The translations under genes and the position numbers were made by a program. The notes below the pieces were generated by a model. It had not been told where the DNA came from, did no database searches, and worked only from the letters and a program-made list of their open reading frames with translations. A stretch of DNA of 64,000 nucleotides from Octopus sinensis. Lineage: Eukaryota. Positions 11,401 through 23,900 of the stretch are shown here, piece by piece; position 1 is the stretch's first letter; the number at the start of each line of letters is the position of its first letter. Location of the stretch: positions 97,278,001 through 97,342,000 of the forward strand of contig NC_042999.1 in assembly GCF_006345805.1 (NCBI RefSeq). Reading direction: 5' to 3'.

Positions 11401-14400
11401 CACATAATAATAGTCCATCTATACTTACTCTACCTTACATGTTCAAATGATTATGAAGTTTTACAATCATATACATGACTATCTAGTAAATATATCCACA
11501 AAAGTTTTAGTTTTCTCTACTTCTCCTTTACACATATATGTATATATATCACTTTGTTAGTATATTTTTTTAAAATCCAAGTTTTTACTATTTAACTATA
11601 CTGGTGCACAGTGCCGTTTTTAATCAAGATAGCTGGGTATTTTTACAATTACCATTATTGTTCCAACATTCAGTATTGGATAGTTGTGAAACAGTATCTT
11701 TCTATCAGTGAAGCGCAATACTTTCCTATCTCTTACTTTGATTAATTTACCTCCTCTATAATCCCTTCCCATCAAAAACTCATTGTACTTTCTTATAATT
11801 GTCACTCTTACTTATATCATCAATATCTTTCAGGCCCACTTACTTTCTTAACTCATTTGCACAATTTTAAAGACAGAAAAAAGCATTCCAGTGCAATATT
11901 CTTTAAAGAGATATACAACTGTCAGGAAATTGTAGGAGTAGAAAGTTTAAAAAATAACTCATTAGCACAAGAACATAGTGTAGAAACAAACCAACCAACC
12001 TTTTGACAAAACACTTTTGTACTCAATAATTATGCACCAATTTAATGACACACTAACTAATTCTAACAATGAGAAAGACATAAGATTAAAAAAAAAATTA
12101 TTCTAAACTGATACTGTTTAAATATAAATTTAATCAAGTCTAATTTATGGAAAATACCAATAAAATCCCTATGAAGTGGTATAGTACTTACTATAGCTTA
12201 GAACAACTATCAGTTGATATTCTGTTAATAAAATGACTAACTTTCCTTTCTTGATGGAATTAGTTAAAGGATTCAACTTCTGTTTAAGCAAGATTTTTAG
12301 TAGCATATTTACTACAATAATTAAAACCACTAGAATAGTAGAACATTTTTGTGGATATCAATAGCATATCTGCACAAAATATGTAATAAATTATTTTCAT
12401 TGTTATGAAGAAGCCATTGAATTGCAATTATTATGCACACTAGTAGTTAATGTGATACCAACTATACAGGTATTTAGCAAAAAGAGTTGTGAGTGTTTGC
12501 ATGCTAACCATGTCATCACACATTTCTAAAATTGATAGAAATATCAAAAGCTTTTTTCTGCATTAAACTGTTGTTCAAGCAAATTCTTGGGTTGGTTTAG
12601 TTACAGGATATCTTAACAGTGACTGTTGTAATATCTATTAGATTCTTTCATACCATTGTTACTAACAAAGGTAGAAAGAATTCAGTGTAACTACAAACCA
12701 AAATGTAAGTAGCTGAAGAAAGAATTATGTCTACATTTTACCATAAACTGTTAGCAAAAGAGAAAAGTTAGTAAGAAAATATCAATGTATAAACTGTGAT
12801 CTAAATAAGTTATTGAAAAGCCAGTATTAAGGAAATAAAAAAAAAAATACTGCCAATGGATAATACAGCAGTATTAGAAAGGGTCAACAGCAGCAATTAA
12901 ATCAATAACATTTGATTAAAAAAAAAAGATATTTGGAATATCTCAAGAATTCAGTCAGATTTTTTAAACTTTTAAATGGAAGACAAATTTATATAATGGC
13001 AGCAGAGAAATGTTGCAAATAAAGAAATGAACAACCAAATATTCAAGGGAAAATAAAATCTCTTTGTTAACAAAAAGTTGGGACTTTGTCATTTTGTCTC
13101 AAAATAAACTTTGAAGTATATCAGCATGTTAATATTTTAACAAAACCTAAACAACCTGATTGTTGTTAATGATAACAAATTGGGAAACACTATCACATGT
13201 TAAACTACAAACAACACATCCATAAATATATGGGTGCAACAGTGATCTCACAAAAGGGAACCTTCTTAGATGAAATGGAAACTAAACCTATGCAACAGTA
13301 ATGACTACAACATAACTGCGAGGGTGTGTGTGTGTGTGTGTTTGCATTCAGGAATAGTTACTGGTATCTGGTGGCAGTGCAGAGGAGCAACAACAACAGA
13401 CAAGTGGTATTGGTGTGAAGGGGGTTAAGGTAGAACAAACTTGCAACAAGGGAAGTAAGCAGAAATACAAGTAGCCAACGAAAATTGAAACGTTGCATAG
13501 GTAAAGTGAAGGTGATGCTGTTGGCAGCTGAACAATAGGTTAGTAAATATATTAGTTGCAATCTCAATGGGTATTGGTATTACTACTACTAACAATACTA
13601 AATAAGCAGCTTCTATACATAAGGTAATTTCCATGCACAAATGTTAAAAGGCTATTCTGACATGTTAAGTGCATCAACAAAGGAATTTAGAGGAGTAGCA
13701 ATTTGTAAAAATTGCCAGTTGTGATGGTGATAATGTTTAATTGTAAGTTATCTACAAATTGGTCAACAGCAACCACTAACAAGTGAGATGATTTATTTTG
13801 TATGTTAATGTATTTAAATTCTGGAATTACTTTTTGGGAAGACGATTTTAATAAAGATGTTGAAAAATATGAAGTGATTTGTTCGAAAATCACAGAAAAA
13901 TGTAAGAAAAACAGCTGGAACATAAAAGCATATTTTGAGACACTAACAAAGCCCTTACAGATTATTATCACACAAATAGTGTATTTTCTGAGGTTTAACA
14001 GGAAACTTACCAGTGGAGTAAAGGTCCACAGAGGTGGCAGTTTACATTGATACAAATCAGAAAAACTGAATTTCAATCATAACATAAAATAACAAGAATA
14101 AATTCAGCTAAGAGATGTTTCATAGTTTTCAGTCAGAAGTAAAACATTGTGATAAAGTGCTGGGAAGACAAAATAAAATTCAGAATAAAAAATAATTTTA
14201 AAAAATTGTTTAAATGACATTTTAAGGAAGACATTTACCCTCAAGTTTCAAAACTCAATATATGATAAATTATGACAAAATGCTGACTTGTTATTTTTAA
14301 CTTAATTACAGAAACTACAACTGAACAATTGTCTCTATATGGATTCCTTTCTATAATTGAACTAGTTCACAGAAGGATCACATCTTACTGGTGAAATAGA

Positions 14401-17167
14401 ACAGTTTTAAAAATACCTATATTTAGATCAGGATCTAATCTATACATCAATGTGAATGGAATTATACTAAAACAGTATCATGGCTAGGTTTTGAGGACCA
14501 GTTATGTGTTGGGTTCTTCATACTATCACACAGAAGATTCACTCACTACACACATTGTCTTTGATAAGCAACCTTATTCACTTTTTCACTGAAACAAGTT
14601 AGAGATACTGCTGAAACATAACCACAATTTTTCCACCATAGATGGCACCTAATGTTTAAATAAAAATTCCAAAAAGATTTATCAGAAGAACATATTCTTG
14701 AATTTTAAATCTACAGTTAAGACAAAACATGTAATAATGGTTGAGGTTTTACTTGATAGCCATGTACAATAATAAAAGTAAGCGGATATAAAAAATTTAG
14801 GCATTATTACTACATATAACTAAAGTGGCAGGGCTGGGAGAGTGTGGTGTAGGCTTAATTATATGGAAAAGCTACTCAGCTAAAAACAAGCTGCAGTCAT
14901 GACAGGTGACATTTCTAACTAAGAGAGAAATCCTTAGCTGTAAGTGAAACTTCATTTACAAACTAAGAAATTTATGTATACATACAGGGTTTGCTAATTG
15001 AGACATTACACACAACCAAGAAAAAAAAAATTCAACACAGGTACTTGACAAAGGAAGGTGTCTGTGCTGAAATGATTTAGCAATCAGCAAACCCCATACT
15101 AACCAAATTTCAGTAATTTCAATGAAAATACTGAAATCTGTTTCACACTGTTAGCTAACCATCAATATTTAGAGACATATTTTTTTATCCAATGAATTAG
15201 AACTTAGTGTTGACAAAGTCATTAATGAATGGAAAAACAGATGGTAGTTGTTATCTCTAGACAGAAGAAGCTAGTGTGATCTAATTAGTTAAATATAGAT
15301 ATTATATTAATTCACACTGATTCACATTTTGGTCATCAATGTGGCTAAACATAATACTTAGTTGAAAAATAAGAAAATTCCAAAAATTTCAACAAGTACA
15401 ACCATAGTATTCAAATGTCACAATTTGATGGGAAGAACAAAGTTTAACAATGAAAACTAAATATGGAAGCACAGCAGCTACATTTATATATTGGGGAATG
15501 ACAAATCAAGTGAAGCTACATGTAACAATTGAGAATAGAAAAGTGATATTTCAAAAATGTTCAGCAATAAAAATATATTTGAAGGGGAGATAAATTTCAT
15601 CAAAACTATAAATGCCTTCTTTTAAACATTTTCTTACTTTTCCAACTAGCAATTATTGGTTTGACTAACATCTCTAGTGCAACAGAAAGTTGTGCAATTC
15701 AATGATGAGCTGGCAACAAAGGGAAAGCAGACTGCTAGAATGAAGCAGTTATCTCTACCAAGTGGAACCTGATGATGTGCTCTAATTGGCATACGTGCCT
15801 CATACTCATGGTGAAATCTTATGGAAGACAGAATAACTTATCAAGTATTTTAGAGTGAAAATAAGAATTCAAATAAATTACTTCATCTAAGAATTTCACT
15901 GTATAAACCATGCTAAAAAAGCAATTATTTACAATTAACAAATCACAAGGTTAATGACACTAAATTTGTAAAACAAAATGGATTGTTTAAAAACAAACAT
16001 ACACAAGAGAAGTGTACTAACTAGATTTCTGGAACACAAATTTAACATTGTACCAAAGCTATTATTTACTGATGTATGACATACTACATACATATATAAC
16101 AGCCAAAGTGATACTAGTGTGGGAAAAGCAGGAGTTATAAAGTACTAGAAACTTTCTATGAAAATTCTAGAACAGACCTAAATTCAGTAAACTACAACAT
16201 AGACAATCAAAAGTTAATTTTTAAATACAATCTTTAGAAGAAATGTCTTCCAAGCTATGACTATGATGACACCATTGTAATCTTTCCAATAATCTATGTA
16301 AATAATGAGTGAAGGTTAAAGCAAAATCTAATTCTACTGTTGATGACCATTCTAATATAGAATGGTAAGTCCAAAGCAAGGTTAATCATTTTAAATGTCA
16401 GCTTAGAAACAACAAATGATAATATACCAAAGGCAGCATTAAAGTGGTACACATGTGTAATACTTAACGAGGTTAACAACCCCAAATCTTTTCCTTTAGT
16501 AATACTGAACATTGTTAACATGGCATCAAGCAAAACTATCAAATAACAGATGTTTAAAGAAAAGCATAATGAAATATATATGTGTGTGTGTATGTGAATG
16601 CATATAATGATTAGGGGAAACTTGAAGAAACATTTGAATATATATGTATATGTGTATAATGGAATAGCTTTGCTGTTTTGTGAGTGTTAGCAATATGAAG
16701 CGACACATATACATGTATTCATGTGCACACAAGCATACACAAGCACACACGTGCATATTTATCAACAAAAACACATAGATGAATGTCCATTATCAGTGTT
16801 TTTTGATTTAACATATAATTTAAATAGAATAATATTACATTAACGATCTAACAAATACTCATGAAATTAAAAATCTGACAAACATCACTGCCTCACTACA
16901 GCAAATGAGAAAGATTTCCGAGACTAGTATGATAAAAATATATAATCTTAAAGGACTACAGTTTTAACTGATTCAGTATCTGAATACTGAGCAACCAAAG
17001 CTAACCAACAACAAAGAAATTACTGAGTATGAGGAATAATGAATAAGCTACTACAATAGAAATCATCCCACCCTCCCTCCAAAAGCTCCCACATGAAATA
17101 GTTGGTTTCAGTGTCTGCATGTATAAAACACATGTACACACTTATGCAGAGAATATTCATTTGTGTG

Positions 17168-17169
<2 letters not shown>

Positions 17170-17208
<39 letters not shown>

Positions 17209-17295
17209 ACAAAACTTGTAAACATTGAAAAAAATCAAAAAAGTAAAATATATATAATAAAAGCAATAACAATTATTAGAATATCATCATCATCA

Positions 17296-17326
<31 letters not shown>

Positions 17327-17337
17327 CCGTATTATTA
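17170..17337. repeat. (TA)n followed by (ATC)n/(ATT)n microsatellites
   Basis: Direct reading. Confidence 0.9.
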
Positions 17338-17787
17338 TGATTTTCCCTCAATGCTGACATTAACACTGCACCTCTTTTTTCATGGACATTTATTTTCCAA
17401 CCACATCAGGATCACTGTAATAACAAAGTAAATGGCCAACTATAGAAATGATGTCTTTTGTTAACAAAAGTGAGACACAAAAGATTTTTCATTTCATGTC
17501 CACTGGCTTGTGTATTTTCAAATGTGTTGGCAACAGTAGAAATGGTGGCAATTAATGGTCATCTCTGATTCACACAACCAATCATTATGATGTAGAAGTC
17601 TTTAGTGGATGGTAAGGAAGGTGGGATGGTATGGGTTGATTGGGGTTGGGACAACAAGACACTGCATTGGAATGTTGTTCATGTTAACATTCACACTACC
17701 TTCACATTCGTTCAAGCAGTTCAAGTCTCATTCATTTCACTCAGTTTCCATTCATCTAACTCTCCAATTGTAGTAATGAAAATAATA

Positions 17788-17796
17788 TTAATTATA

Positions 17797-17831
<35 letters not shown>

Positions 17832-17835
17832 TATA
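17788..17835. repeat. (AAT)n microsatellite just downstream of the stop codon; (AUU)n on the mRNA strand
   Basis: Direct reading. Confidence 0.9.
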
Positions 17836-17856
17836 ACAACAGTTCAGATATCAATC

Positions 17857-17936
17857 CTAAGACAGCTGCGATGTTGTGGGCGTCTGCTCAATTCTTGTTT
17901 CTGTATTGGTCTTGAAGATATTCTCTGTCTCTCTAA
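17857..17936 (-). CDS. CDK5RAP2: Cnn-family terminal coding exon O: (I)RETENIFKTNTETRIEQTPTTSQLS-stop
   Basis: Polypyrimidine tract cctttctttctttcaccctcttag; phase 1; TAG at 17859-17857; aligns to a CM2-type LxxTHxVLK pattern. Confidence 0.75.
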
Positions 17937-20900
17937 CTAAGAGGGTGAAAGAAAGAAAGGAAACAATTGTTAGGTAACAATATAAAAAAAAGCCAAGACA
18001 AAAACATATAAATGATAAGTAAATGAAAGAAATAAGATATAATTCTAGTGGCTGTCATCAGGTTAAAAGTGAGGTAGTCTCCTCAAGCAGTCAGTGTGAG
18101 CAGTTACAGAAACAGTAGAGTGATGGACTAAATTACGTATTTAAATTTTAGACACTGTACATTCTGAATTCAAACATAACTGAATCTATCCTCTGACACA
18201 AAACATTGCATTAACAAATCCCATAACTCCTTGGAGGTCATTGGGGTGCTGTAGCCATGCAGCATATCTAGAGTGTGAAAGCCTGGTAAAGCCCATCCCT
18301 CCTCAGGCTAAACTTATTTGCACAGCTGAGTGAATTGGAGTAATGTGAAATGAAGTGTTTAGCTCAAGAACACAATGGATCACCAGGTCCAGGGATTGAA
18401 ACCACAATCTTACGGTTGTGAATCCAACACACTAACCATTAAGTGATGCGCCTCCACTAATACTGAATCACTCTTCTACAAATATGCAGTTTATTACCAA
18501 TCTGAGAAATTACTACTTAGTGATAATGTAGTGTATTTAACAGAGTATCAAATAAGGTTCTAGTTGAGGTCAGTTCACTTCAATCATTATTACTGTTAAT
18601 CTTCTTGAGCATCAGATATCTATTTGACCTGCCTCAGAAATCACTACAATTAATGCATATGGTGACCCCTACCAAAAGCCTATATTAATGAGAGTTTAGA
18701 AAGGTAGAAAACATACTATGCCACAGTAGATCATCTTCAACATGTGTTGGACCATTCTCCTCCGCAGTTCGTAATTTCTCTGGAGAATTAAGATATCTGT
18801 TCTGGATTTCACTTATTTCTGTCATTAAGACTTCATTCTGCAGACAAATGAAATAAACCAATAAAGTGGAAATACAAAAATCTCAATACAGGATGCCAAA
18901 AGGTTTTATTTATTTATTTATTTTTAATAGAAAACAATACAAAACTGAATGCAGTGGATAGGTATTGGTTTCAGCACTTTATGTTCTGAGTTCAAATCTC
19001 ACCCAAGTCCATTTTATCTTTATTCTTCTGAAGTCAATAAAATAAAGTACTAATCAAATACCAGCATTGATATTATTGACTGTTTCCTTTCCAAAATTTG
19101 AGGTTTCATGCCTCTGTAAGAAATCAATATTGAGTAAAAGTTTGATGAGGAAAGAAACCATAGACAGTTGGCTGCAGCTCAATTCTGCCTTGGATAAGTC
19201 AGTTGCATTTCTTTCTATCTTCTGTTCAATTACACGCCTTTCATCTCATTGGAATTGATAAATGTAATGTAAAGTGGACTTGTGTCTAAGTAGGAAATCA
19301 ATATTCTTCAGTAGTAGGAGAGAAAGAGAAATGACAAGTGGACAAAGTCATTACTAAATACATATGCATATGCACACACATTGAAGCTGCATAATGCAAC
19401 CACTTAGATCGCAGAAAAGAAAAAAATAAACCAAAAACATAACATCATACTGCCACCATCACCAGTCATAAATTTACACTGTCACCCCTCCCTTGTAATT
19501 TTATGATTCCCTTAACTTTGGGATTTGTTTTGGTGCTGTTCTTAGTGTATTGTAAATAAATAAAATGACAGGTAGCATCTAGTTTTCTTTTCCAGCAGCA
19601 CATAGGACAGTCTGAACTCAGCATTTCTTAATTACCAAGAGTACCTATATAGAGAGCTAAGCTACATCTCAGCATGAGACCTACTCACATATAGATAAGC
19701 TAGATCATTGAGAGTCAAGGATTTTAATAAGACACACAATGCAATATTACATATAAAAAATACTCCTTTAACTTGCAATCTGATATTATAAAAAAAACAT
19801 GGCCAGTTGTAAATCGGTCCAGCAAAAAAAAAAAAAAAAAGGTAATTCTACAATTGTTACCCCTCCAAAGATTACAGATTATAAGCTGGTGAAGAATTAA
19901 AGCTATTATTTCATGAATTATTTAATGATAAAAAAATCTATAATTATATTTATAGGATCAAGGAATGTTTTAAACCTTATAATAAATGTTGCACAAATCA
20001 AATTATTTTTGTCTCTTTATTTTTTCATCAAAATTTGAGAGATCTTACCTTCTTGTTTTGCAATAATTTGGACATCTGCCCTTTCTTGTAACGAGCTGGA
20101 AGTTGTGATAACCAGAAATTGCCAATAAGACGACTTTCTTCATTCAAGCAGACATTCAAATTATTAACCAGAAGTGATAATTCACGTAAAATACTGTACT
20201 CTGCATTCTGCAACAAAGTGGACAGTGAAAGACAAATAAATAACAGCTTTTATATTCATATAACTATGTTCAGATAAGTTTATCATTAATATGTAGTTAA
20301 TGCTAAGCTACAAATACAACATTGACATTTTGTTGGTATTTTCGTTGATACAAAATCTTTTGGAGCACTACTATGTATCTAAAGGTAAGCCAGCTTAGTT
20401 GAGCCCATCTTTCTTCATGATATACTGGGGAGGATGTTGAATACAGTATTGTAACCCAACAAAACACTTGCAGTTATTACACATAACAGGATAGATTGGG
20501 CTGTTGAGAATTAGTTATGTAGGCTATAGACACAGCAGGATCTGAGGAAACGGTGTCAGCAAATAGTAAATACAATCAGTTAGTGGTTTAGGGGAAGAGA
20601 AGTTTGATATTTTATGCAGGACGCTGCATTAAAGAGATAACAAAGGAGTGTGTTCAAAACATCAAACTTTTCCTCAGGACAAATCAAGTTATTGGTGAAA
20701 TGTATTCATTTAGTATATCAATTTGATTAAATTTTGATAAAATATACTGATGACATATTAACTTAACAATCTATTTCTACTCATCTTTAATAAGGAAAAG
20801 GAAGAGAGAAACAAATTAAAGTACTAATTACCTTGTATAGCTGTGGTGGTAATGAAGGAATGGAAAAGAAATGGAAAGAAAACAAGGTTAATGTTGGTTT

Positions 20901-23900
20901 GTTTACATTTAAAAGAGAACTTCAAAGAAAATACATTTAAAAATACAGTAGTGTCTCATATACAACATAATGTGATGAAAAATTAAGAAAGGCCCAGAGG
21001 AAAATTAACAGGACATATTCACCAGGGATGCAACAGAAATGAATCCAAAGACCTAGTCTTGGGTGATGTGACAGTGCAAATAAAAGGATAATAGCTACGA
21101 ACTACAAATGTCCATAGAGCTGGTGCTTGTCTTTGGCTTCTATTATGTCAGACACAAGTCTCTTGTAAGTAACACTTTCAGTAACATTAGGTACCAATTC
21201 CTATATAGGTAACCAAATTGAGACAACGAAAAGTTAAATGTTCCATTCAGTCATAACATGATGCCTAATGACTTGATAGTTTGAGACAATTTCCATCTGT
21301 TTCTTGAGACAAGGAACCTCGAAAAATTTTAAAACAATTTTCATTCCCTACACATTGACAATAACATCCCACAGTAAATTATGAAAGATCAGAGAAACTG
21401 TACATACCTCAGTACTTGCATGAGATTTGTGAACCTTGATGCGGTCATGCAATCGGGCTTGTAAGTTACGAACTACACATGACATCTCACCATTTTCTTT
21501 ACGCAATAGCTCATAGTCATCCAGTTTACCAATAGCAAATAAGGAACGAAGATCTGAGCTAATACGCACTGGTGAATTTGCTATAGAAATAGAAACAAAA
21601 AATATAGTCAAAAGGAATTTCACTCACTGTAGAAAGCTGCTGCAGTAATACAGTTATTATTGATTGATTAAATTTCAAAACAGTGGGTTCTAAAGCTTAA
21701 GCCCCCAACAAGATTGTTCATTCCATCCAGAGAAGTTTGGTTGCAAAGTGAACTTTGATATTATGGAAAGGTAGAAACACTAGGATGCCAGAAGGAATGT
21801 CTTGTGATATCTAAATACAATCTTTTATGTTCTGGCTCCAAAACCTGATGAGGCTGTCTTTTTTTCCATTTTTTCTGAGTTAATAAAATTAAGCGTTGAG
21901 GTTAATTTAATTAATTGTCCCCACCCTATAAATGTGTGCCTTTCTGCCAAAGTTGGAAATCAGTTTTACAGTAGGTAGCAGTTGAAATAATCAACATTTC
22001 CTTTCACAAACTTTCTATCTTTGAAAACCAATAGTAAACTGGCAGTGGAAGTGTATTTTTTAGGACTACATTATCCAATGCGTCCTACTTTTCTAAGCCA
22101 GTGGGGTGTAATTTGATGGAAATTTGGCAGCTATTTCTATTTAGCTGCACAACCACACAGATTTGCTCATTGACATGTTTGGAGACAATGTAGTTGATGG
22201 AGAGTCAAAGTACTTTCTGACATTCCAATTTCCTGCTTGATAACTCCACCTAAGCTAACTCTAAATCTTTTATCCAACCCTTTCTGAATCAATAAACACC
22301 AGCAATCAAACTAATCAGCTGAACTCTGTCCCCAAAAGGCATTGGAATCTACAACCCAGTTCAATTCCTGGTTGAAAGAGCCTCTTGCTTTCTGTTTTAG
22401 ACTCATAACCATTACTTGTAACCATTAAGAATGCAACCACATAAAAAGCACCCAGTCCACTCTGTAAAGTGGTTGGCAATGGGAAGGGCATCTAGCTATA
22501 AAAACCATGACAAAGCAGAGTGGAACTTCATGCAGTCCCCTGGCTTACCAGCTTTTGCCAAGCTGTCCAACCCATGCCAGTATGGAAATGAGACATTAAA
22601 TGATGATGATGATGCTGTGTTTGGAATTTTTTCCATTTGTACATTACCTTCAAATTAATAAAGAAAGGTTATCTTGTGATTTTTATGCTATTCCAAGGTC
22701 AATAACAACATAAATAAAATGCAATAATAAAAATCAAGTTGAGGACTGAGATCAGCAGAGGTTTATATCACCTTTACTTGTCAAATTAAACTACAATGTC
22801 GAAGTAATGTTTTACATTGAAAATGTTGCACAATGACATACCAGCATGTAACAATGATTCTGTATTACAATGTGACAGTAGTATTAAAGTGTGCAATGTA
22901 AAACTAATCCATCAAATAAATTCCACATTTTATAGGGAATGTGAATAGCCAGTTTAGTCTACTACAATCTATTACTAATAATTGCTTTAGATCAAAATTG
23001 ACATTGATGGGAACAACCAAATTGGGTTGCACACTTAGCTCATTAGGAACCTATCTCTTACTTTAGATAATCATAATAAAGTTTGTGACAGAGAAACAAC
23101 ACAGTCTGCAGTGACATATGACCTCTCAGTTACATGACGCAGGGGCATAATATATTTCTGATGTGAAATGTAATCCTACCCCAAATCAAGTGACACAACA
23201 CATTGCTCACAAGAGTAGGACATGACCTACTTACATGTCAGTTAAGTCAGACAAGAATTGAAGTAAATTGTGGGGAATTAATGTAAAAAAACAAATTACC
23301 AGGACTGCCAGGTGGGTCAAATGACCAGTATGTGATATGATCCTTAGCTAAGGAGAGAGATGCTGGCCAAGTATAGGCCACACTACTTTTATGTAACATA
23401 TCTTCTGTCCACTTGACATCCTTGCTGCCATTGTTTGATTGGTCATTTTCTAATTCTGATAATAAAAAAAGAAAAATACAGACATTACACACATAAATCT
23501 GAAGATTACTAAAAATCAATATAGTAAAAAAATTTTTTTAATTTGCATTGGACAAAGAAAAATAGAGACTTTAACCATTATCAAATCTTCATTTTAATAG
23601 AGACACCGTTACTCTCATATTGTCACACCTTCACTTTAACATAGGAGCAAACATAGCTATGTGGATATGAAGTTCACTTTGTAACCACATGGTTTTGAGT
23701 TCAATCGCGCTGTGTGGTACCTTGGTCAAGTATCTACCACTACAGCTCCAAACTGACCAATGTCTTCTGAGTAGAACTGATAGATGGAAACTGTATTGTG
23801 TGTTCATTTCTTTTTTTTTTTTGCATGTTATTTCATTATTGACCTTCTATATAAACGAAGCTATATCCTTTAATTTATTGCTGTTCTTTACATGAAATGA

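Larger units (their letters stand above)
9800..17856 (-). other. Possible long 3' UTR of the Cnn-family gene
   Basis: Directly follows the stop; U-rich on the minus strand; few recognisable SINE/LINE copies; minus-strand AATAAA at 17389-17394, 13792-13797, 10103-10108 and 9965-9970. Extent is a guess. Confidence 0.3.

Noticed and set aside
13687-14076. Overlapping 82-129 aa ORFs in the putative UTR
   Set aside because: Composition typical of AT-rich noncoding DNA; no recognisable domain or splice partners.
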